A stretch of DNA of 64,000 nt from the NCBI GenBank assembly GCA_018692915.1, contig JABHLG010000007.1:2418-66417 (forward strand), given 5' to 3'. The stretch is from Candidatus Woesearchaeota archaeon. GTDB lineage: Archaea > Nanobdellota > Nanobdellia > UBA10117 > JABICX01. This document shows positions 57,940-64,000 of this stretch, piece after piece (positions within the stretch are counted from its first letter, which is position 1; every line of letters begins with the position of its first letter). Position numbers and translations under genes: made by a program. Under the pieces are notes generated by a model. The model made no database searches. It worked only from the letters and a program-made list of their open reading frames with translations, and had not been told where the DNA came from.

Positions 57940-59606
57940 TGCCAAAGTTTGAGATTAGTAAGAAAGATATTGAGAAGTTGATTGGACATTCAATCAAAGA
58001 TGATGAAAGAAATGACTTGCTAGCTTATGCTAAATGTGAATTTGAAGAAGGCGATGGAGATATAATTAAAGTAGATTGCAAAGACACAAATCGGCCAGAT
58101 TTATGGTGCGTAGAAGGTGTTGCTCGTCAGATTGCTGGAGGTTTAGGAAAGGAAAAAGGTGTTCCTCAATATATAGTTCATAAATCAGATTATTTAGTTC
58201 GAGTTGATTCAAATCTAAAAGGCATTCGACCTAGAACTGCTTGCGCAGTTGTAAAAGGAATTAAAATTACAGATGAAGTTCTAAAGCAGATTATTCAGAT
58301 GCAAGAAAAAGTATCGGGGACTTTTGGTAGAAATCGAAAAGAAGCTGCAATTGGAGTGTATGATTTTGATAAAATTAAATGGCCTATTTTGTATAAAGCA
58401 TATGACCCAGATAAATTAAGTTTTATGGCTCTTGAAATGCCACAATCTTTAACTCTTAGGAAAATCCTTCAGAAGCATCCAAAAGGACGCGAGTTTGCTC
58501 ATTTATTAGATGGTAAGAAAAAATATCCTGTTTTTATTGACTCTGCGAAAAATGTTCTTTCAATGCCACCAATTATTAATTCAAATTATTCTGGTAAAGT
58601 TACAGCCGAAACAAAGAATTTATTCATAGAAGTATCTGGATTTAAAGATAGGTTTGTTCATACTGCGCTAAATTCGATGATTGCTAGCTTAGCTGACCGT
58701 GGTGGAAAAATTTACGAAGTTAAAGTAAAATATGGATTGCGAGAGACTTTACTCTGTCCAGATTTTAGACCAAGAAAAACAAAACTTTCACTTGATTTAT
58801 TTAACAAACTTTCTGGTTTAGGTTCATCATCAAAAGAATTAGTAGAATTACTTAGAAGAGCACGACTTAATGCAAAAATCGTAGGTGATAATATATTTGT
58901 TGAATATCCAAGCTATCGGATAGATATTATGCATAGTGTTGATTTAGTTGAAGATGCACTAATTTCTTATGGATTTAATAAAATTGATGCAGAGTTACCT
59001 AGATTGGCTGTTCAAGGAAGTGAAACAAAACTAGAGGTTTTCTCTCGAAGAGTTAGAGAGTGGCTAGTGGGTTTTGGTGCCCAGGAAATTGCTACATTCA
59101 CACTTACAAATAAAGATAAATTATTTACAAGAATGAATTTATCAAATCAGAAATGCATGGAGATTGCTAATCCTGTTTCTCAGAATTGGTCTGTTCTGCG
59201 TAATTGGCTAACTCCCACAGTTATTGATTTCTTTAGCAATAACACAAATTGTGAATATCCACAAACAATTTTTGAAGTTGGAGAAGTAATTCTTCCAAAT
59301 GCAAAAGCAGAAACTATGTCAGATACAGTTAAGAAATTGGTTTTTGCAAGGTCACATAAAAATGCTAATTTTACTGAAATCAAGCAAGTTCTTCAGTCGC
59401 TTTTGAGTGGGTTAGAAGTAGAGTTCGAAGTTGAAGAAACAGAACATAATAGTTTTATTTCTGGCAGAGTTGGCTCAATTAAAGTAAATGATAAAGAGAT
59501 CGGAATCATTGGAGAACTACATCCACAAGTCCTGAAAAACTGGAGATTAGAAAATCCTATTGTTTTATTTGAGTTAGATTTGAATGAACTTCTTAAATTA
59601 ATATAA
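57939..59606 (+). CDS. pheT: Phenylalanyl-tRNA synthetase beta subunit
   Basis: VDCKDTNRPDLWCVEGVARQIAG, FTLTNKDKLF, LENPIVLFELDLNELLKLI. Confidence 0.95.
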   Translation: MPKFEISKKDIEKLIGHSIKDDERNDLLAYAKCEFEEGDGDIIKVDCKDTNRPDLWCVEGVARQIAGGLGKEKGVPQYIVHKSDYLVRVDSNLKGIRPRTACAVVKGIKITDEVLKQIIQMQEKVSGTFGRNRKEAAIGVYDFDKIKWPILYKAYDPDKLSFMALEMPQSLTLRKILQKHPKGREFAHLLDGKKKYPVFIDSAKNVLSMPPIINSNYSGKVTAETKNLFIEVSGFKDRFVHTALNSMIASLADRGGKIYEVKVKYGLRETLLCPDFRPRKTKLSLDLFNKLSGLGSSSKELVELLRRARLNAKIVGDNIFVEYPSYRIDIMHSVDLVEDALISYGFNKIDAELPRLAVQGSETKLEVFSRRVREWLVGFGAQEIATFTLTNKDKLFTRMNLSNQKCMEIANPVSQNWSVLRNWLTPTVIDFFSNNTNCEYPQTIFEVGEVILPNAKAETMSDTVKKLVFARSHKNANFTEIKQVLQSLLSGLEVEFEVEETEHNSFISGRVGSIKVNDKEIGIIGELHPQVLKNWRLENPIVLFELDLNELLKLI

Positions 59607-59679
59607 CGAGTGAAGCGAGAGTAAATGTTTTTCTTTCTTGGAAGCATAGTTCTTTCTTTTTAAAAAGAGAAAGAAATGG

Positions 59680-59740
59680 CTTAGAGAATACTGTTGTCTT
59701 ATTCGAGCTAAATCTGAATGAATTATTAAAATTAGTTTGA
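59680..59740 (+). pseudogene. Degenerate duplicate of the pheT 3' end
   Basis: NGLENTVVLFELNLNELLKLV* against the pheT end RLENPIVLFELDLNELLKLI*. Confidence 0.75.
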
Positions 59741-60145
59741 TTATATATTAAGCCCAATTCTAAACATATCTTTTATTATACTAGTTAACTCAAGATTATT
59801 TTCTGCTTCTGCTTCTGCTTTAGTTCTTAATAAATTATCAATATTAGTATTAATTATTTTAGTATCATCTTTTAGTTGTGATGTAACATAATCAAGTATT
59901 TTTTTACCAAGGTCATTTGATGATTGAATTATGCCAAATGTATATAATGCAGATAATTCTCCAGCTTTTTCAGGGTTTTGTCCTCCGATGTGTCTTGTTG
60001 ATTCTCTACCAAATTCATATAATGTTGAGCAATATTCAGAATTTATCCACTTTCTTGTTGTTTTAAGTTCATTTGGAGTTAAGGCATTTTTATAACATGC
60101 TATTCCAATATCGTTTTCTAGTTTTAGTAAATCAACTGGCATCAC
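59741..60145 (-). CDS. Hypothetical protein
   Basis: Intact ORF. Confidence 0.5.
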   Translation of the reverse strand: MMPVDLLKLENDIGIACYKNALTPNELKTTRKWINSEYCSTLYEFGRESTRHIGGQNPEKAGELSALYTFGIIQSSNDLGKKILDYVTSQLKDDTKIINTNIDNLLRTKAEAEAENNLELTSIIKDMFRIGLNI

Positions 60146-60364
60146 TTAGATATCTAAATAAATTTAAAAAGATTTTGAGACTGTTGCATATAGAACCTTT
60201 CAGGTTATTGTTTCTTAATTAAATTTGTATTTTAGTATATGTGCAATATCTAAGTAGAGAATAGATCTGCTAATTTTATAAGATAGCACAGAGTAACCAT
60301 TGCATTAAGAACCAAGTGTTGCCTATAGTTGCATAAACATTTAAAATAAAATTCAATTATTATT

Positions 60365-61537
60365 TTGATGAAAAACAAAGGTAATTTTTTATTTACAAGC
60401 GAATCTGTCACTGAAGGACATCCAGACAAAGTTTGCGATCAGGTATCTGACGCAATACTTGACGATCTTATCAAGCAAGATAAGAAAAGCAGAGTCGCTG
60501 TTGAATGTTTAACTACAACAGGGCTAATTGTGGTTGCAGGAGAAGTTACAACTTCAGGTTATTCAGATGTTCAGAATGTTGTAAGACGAACTCTAAATAG
60601 GATTGGTTATACTAATTCAGAATATGGTATCAGTGGAAATGATTGTGCTGTTATGACTTCTATTCATGAGCAGAGTCAGAATATTTCTGTAGGTGTTGAT
60701 GATAACAAAGGTGAGCATAAAGAACAAGGTGCAGGTGACCAAGGTATGATGTTTGGATATGCTTGTAATGAAACTCCAGAGCTAATGCCTTTACCAATTT
60801 CAATGGCTCACAAGCTTACTATGAAATTATCTGAATTACGTAGAAGTGGAAAATTTAACTGGATTCGCCCAGATGGCAAGTCACAAGTTACTGTTGAATA
60901 TGTTGATGGCAAGCCAAAAAGAATTGATGCTGTTGTTGTAGCAGTTCACCATGACCCTAAAATGGTTCACCATAACATTAAAAGAGAAATAATTAATAAT
61001 GTAATTAAACCAATTTGTGGCAAATGGATTGATAATAAAACTAACTTTTTTGTAAATGAGACAGGTGTTTTTGCTGTGGGTGGACCACAAGCAGATGCAG
61101 GAGTTACAGGTAGAAAGATTATAGTTGATACTTATGGTGGAATGGGAAAGCATGGTGGAGGAGCATTCTCTGGCAAAGACCCATCAAAGGTTGATAGAAG
61201 TGGTGCTTATGCTACTCGATATATTGCTAAAAATATTGTAGCTGCAGGACTTGCAGAGCGCTGCGAAGTTCAGCTAGCTTACTCAATTGGAGTTGCTGAG
61301 CCAGTTTCAGTGCTAGTTGAAACATTTGGAACTAATAAAATCCCTGAAGAAAAAATAGTTGAACTTGTCAAAAAGCATTTTCCAATTAAGCCAGTAAATA
61401 TAATCAAGCATCTTAATTTATTACGACCAATTTATGAGAAAACAGCTGCTTATGGACATTTTGGTAGAAATGATCCTGATTTCACATGGGAAACAACTGA
61501 TAAAGCTAATATTCTAAGAAAAGAAGCAGGATTATAG
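60365..61537 (+). CDS. metK: S-adenosylmethionine synthetase, bacterial type
   Basis: [52 protein letters not shown]. Confidence 0.97.
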   Translation: MMKNKGNFLFTSESVTEGHPDKVCDQVSDAILDDLIKQDKKSRVAVECLTTTGLIVVAGEVTTSGYSDVQNVVRRTLNRIGYTNSEYGISGNDCAVMTSIHEQSQNISVGVDDNKGEHKEQGAGDQGMMFGYACNETPELMPLPISMAHKLTMKLSELRRSGKFNWIRPDGKSQVTVEYVDGKPKRIDAVVVAVHHDPKMVHHNIKREIINNVIKPICGKWIDNKTNFFVNETGVFAVGGPQADAGVTGRKIIVDTYGGMGKHGGGAFSGKDPSKVDRSGAYATRYIAKNIVAAGLAERCEVQLAYSIGVAEPVSVLVETFGTNKIPEEKIVELVKKHFPIKPVNIIKHLNLLRPIYEKTAAYGHFGRNDPDFTWETTDKANILRKEAGL

Positions 61538-61575
61538 CAACAAAAGGCTTTTAAACGAACTACCTGATAGATACT

Positions 61576-62394
61576 ATGGTATTCGTAGATAGCTTAGAGA
61601 CACAAGTATCTAATCTCGAAAGAGAAAATGCTAAACTTAGGGAAGATCTTAAAGCACAAGCACTAGGTGTTGATAAAGCAATTCACGATATAAGGTCCCC
61701 AATAGTTAATTTATTTGGGTTTTACAAAGAATTATTTGAAGATATTAATTCTGCTTATGAAAAAGGAGAACTTTTGTCAGAAGAACAAATGAATGATGCT
61801 AAGGAAGGATTTGAGTTTGTATTTGCTAGCAAAGAAAAAATAGAGGTTCTACTAACAGACATGTTAGCTATTGCAAAATTAAGATCTGGAAAAATACCTC
61901 TAAATACTGAGTATCATTCATTAAATAAGATTATTGATTTTTCAACTAAAGAAAATGAAGCCTTTTTATCTGAAGGACAAGAAATAACATATAAATGTCA
62001 AGGAGATTTAGTTATTAATTGTGATGAATATAAATTTGGTGAAGTTATTAGTAATTTAATCAAAAATGGAATTGAAGCATTAGATGGAAAAGGAGAAGTT
62101 GAAATTTCATATTTTGATGTTCCAAAATCACATTCTGGTGCTAGAGAAGATAAATATGTTATTTGTATATCTGATACAGGAAAAGGTATCTCTGTAGAAG
62201 ATAAACCACATATTTTCGAAGATTTTTATACAAGAGGAAAAGGTAACAAAGGAACAGGTTTAGGATTAGCTAGTTGCAAAGCAATTGTTGAAAAGCACGG
62301 TTGGAAAATTAATGTTTATTCAGACGGTCCTGGAAAAGGAGCTAGTTTACATATTAGCTTGCCTGCAAGTGATATTAAACCTGCAGATCAATAG
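61576..62394 (+). CDS. Soluble histidine kinase
   Basis: DKAIHDIRSPIVNLFG, VISNLIKNGIEAL, ISDTGKGIS, GTGLGLASCKAIVEKHG. Confidence 0.9.
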   Translation: MVFVDSLETQVSNLERENAKLREDLKAQALGVDKAIHDIRSPIVNLFGFYKELFEDINSAYEKGELLSEEQMNDAKEGFEFVFASKEKIEVLLTDMLAIAKLRSGKIPLNTEYHSLNKIIDFSTKENEAFLSEGQEITYKCQGDLVINCDEYKFGEVISNLIKNGIEALDGKGEVEISYFDVPKSHSGAREDKYVICISDTGKGISVEDKPHIFEDFYTRGKGNKGTGLGLASCKAIVEKHGWKINVYSDGPGKGASLHISLPASDIKPADQ

Positions 62395-62423
62395 TTTTAT
62401 AAGGGCTTTTTTACAGTCACATT

Positions 62424-62753
62424 ATGGTAAAAATCGCAATAGCAGAAGAAAGTACAATTGTTGGAATTAATCTAAAAAGAACATTAGAAAGAGAAGGACT
62501 TGATGTAACTCGTGTTAAAAAAGTTGAAGATTGCAAAAGTGATTATGATTTAGCAATTATATCCCAAACAATGGATGAGATAGGTAAATTTGGCGAAGCT
62601 TTTGATGAAAAAAACATTCCTGTTGTATATCTTACTACAAGACATTTACCTGCTAAATTTAAAGAAAGAACTCCTTTTGCTAAATTATATCTTCCTAAGC
62701 CCATTAATCCTACTGAATTCAAACAAACAATTAATGATATTTTAAGTCAATAA
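62424..62753 (+). CDS. Response-regulator receiver-like protein lacking the usual Asp
   Basis: IAIAEESTIVGINLKRTLEREGL; YDLAIISQTMD; PVVYLTT; KLYLPKP. Confidence 0.7.
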   Translation: MVKIAIAEESTIVGINLKRTLEREGLDVTRVKKVEDCKSDYDLAIISQTMDEIGKFGEAFDEKNIPVVYLTTRHLPAKFKERTPFAKLYLPKPINPTEFKQTINDILSQ

Positions 62754-63543
62754 CCCAGTGCCACATTCTGATTCCATAGGCTTTTACTTTAGTTGATTTG
62801 ATTACCTTGACAGGCAGATTTAGTTCTTTTATCTTAGAAATTATATCTTCAGCAGTTTCAGCTAGCTCATGAAAATGTATTACTGCACCCTTTTTAGCTA
62901 CGTTTATAGCTATTGGTAAAAATTCATATGTTCCCGGAAACCAACCCATTAAAATCCTATCAAATTTCTTTCTAAGTTTTGGAGTTTCTATTTTACAATC
63001 TCCCTGAATTACCGTAACTTGATTCTCAACTTTATTCAGTTTAATATTCTGTTTCAGAAGCTCGACTGAATCAGGATTTAGTTCAATAGCCCACACTTTG
63101 GCAGGAGTTAGCTTAGCAATTGGAATTGTAAAATAACCAATTCCCGCAAACATATCCAATATCTCTTCGTTTGGTAACGATCGGAGTCGTTCACGATATA
63201 ACCTTCGTGAACTCCTGTCCTTATCCCGAAGAGCATATTTTCGCTCAGCGTCCTTAATCTGGCTTACAATTCTTCGCTTTTCTTCTTGATTACCTTTTGA
63301 AAACATAACTTTAGAAATATCAACTAGAAACTCGCAGTAGTTTTCCTTGACCTTTGTAAGTGTGTTTCTCTCACCAGCTAGCCACTCAACTTGTGGCTTT
63401 CTTAGCTTGCCAGATATCTTACCTTGATAATAAACTGACTTAAACTGACTATGTTTTTTTAGAATCTCTTGCGCAACTTGCTTATCTTTCTGTTTAATTA
63501 AACAAATCTGACCAAGTGCTTGAAATGACTTTGGTATTGTCAT
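62731..63543 (-). CDS. Trm5/Taw2-like tRNA methyltransferase carrying an in-frame palindromic insertion
   Basis: SKVMFSKGNQEEKRRI...NEEILDMFAGIGYFTIPIAKLTPAKVWAIELNPDSVELLKQNIKLN. Confidence 0.88.
   Translation of the reverse strand: MTIPKSFQALGQICLIKQKDKQVAQEILKKHSQFKSVYYQGKISGKLRKPQVEWLAGERNTLTKVKENYCEFLVDISKVMFSKGNQEEKRRIVSQIKDAERKYALRDKDRSSRRLYRERLRSLPNEEILDMFAGIGYFTIPIAKLTPAKVWAIELNPDSVELLKQNIKLNKVENQVTVIQGDCKIETPKLRKKFDRILMGWFPGTYEFLPIAINVAKKGAVIHFHELAETAEDIISKIKELNLPVKVIKSTKVKAYGIRMWHWVIDLKYH
63175..63220 (-). repeat. Palindromic element family 1, copy D, inside the Trm5-like gene
   Basis: GGACAGGAGTTCACGAAGGTTATATCGTGAACGACTCCGATCGTTA. Confidence 0.75.
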
Positions 63544-63572
63544 AAAATCAACTGCAATTGCAATATAAAAAT

Positions 63573-63857
63573 TTATTTAAAAGTTATATATAATTTTCGA
63601 GGATTACATGGAAAACAAACACCAACGCTAGGTAAATTAGATAATGCTTCTTTACTAAAATATTCAGAAAGCATAATTCCATTTGTGTCTAAAATACCAA
63701 CATTAATTTCTTTAAGATTTTCTTTGCATGTCGGACAGACTAATTGACCATCAGTCAATATCTCTGCTTCAGGGTTATATCTATTTTTACGTCGATATAA
63801 TCTAAGTGTGATTGTTTTAATTTCAGGATTATCATCTATTGTGCTAATTTTATCCAT
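63573..63857 (-). CDS. Hypothetical protein with two CxxC pairs
   Basis: VCPTCKENL...VCFPCNPRK. Confidence 0.5.
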   Translation of the reverse strand: MDKISTIDDNPEIKTITLRLYRRKNRYNPEAEILTDGQLVCPTCKENLKEINVGILDTNGIMLSEYFSKEALSNLPSVGVCFPCNPRKLYITFK

Positions 63858-63906
63858 ATAATTACTTAGTAATATATGTTATAAGACTTTCTTTAAGAGA
63901 AATTAT

Positions 63907-64000
63907 TCATAATAATGATTGAATATTGCCTTTTATTTTACGAGGAAAATCTCCAACACCCATAAAAAAATGACTATCACTTAATCTTCGTGCATCTTCT
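63907..64000 (-). CDS. C-terminus of a CDS running off the window
   Basis: EDARRLSDSHFFMGVGDFPRKIKGNIQSLL*. Confidence 0.35.
   Translation of the reverse strand, partial: EDARRLSDSHFFMGVGDFPRKIKGNIQSLL

Overview
Archaeal chromosomal segment, probably DPANN-like (AT-rich, densely packed; aIF2-gamma, aIF5A, aRF1, L40e, archaeal PheS/PheT). The taxonomic placement is inference. About 75 CDSs are supportable. They include class II ribonucleotide reductase, a TldD/PmbA pair, an APC permease / ornithine carbamoyltransferase / carbamate kinase / cPGS-like GTPase cluster, a copper/thiol-redox cluster (DsbA-like proteins, DUF2318, CopA, HMA-SafE-cupredoxin), ValRS, PheRS, MetK and Trm5-like. The strongest unusual signals are: (1) a 32-nt insertion inside the P-loop (GH|VDHGKTT) of aIF2-gamma, with bulge-helix-bulge-like pairing whose predicted cut sites restore the frame exactly, directly downstream of and in frame with a LAGLIDADG endonuclease ORF; (2) a tRNA-Ile(GAU) with two introns, one in the D-loop; (3) two families of dispersed structured elements, one with covarying stems and one copy inserted in frame in a Trm5-like gene, the other forming leaders directly upstream of prf1, rpl40e and pheS; (4) a related palindromic coding segment in the linkers of two unrelated proteins; (5) a degenerate duplicate of the pheT 3' end behind a hairpin-bearing insertion; (6) an HD-domain gene interrupted by one in-frame TAG. 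No CRISPR array or rRNA was found. All calls come from reading the sequence; no database search was run.
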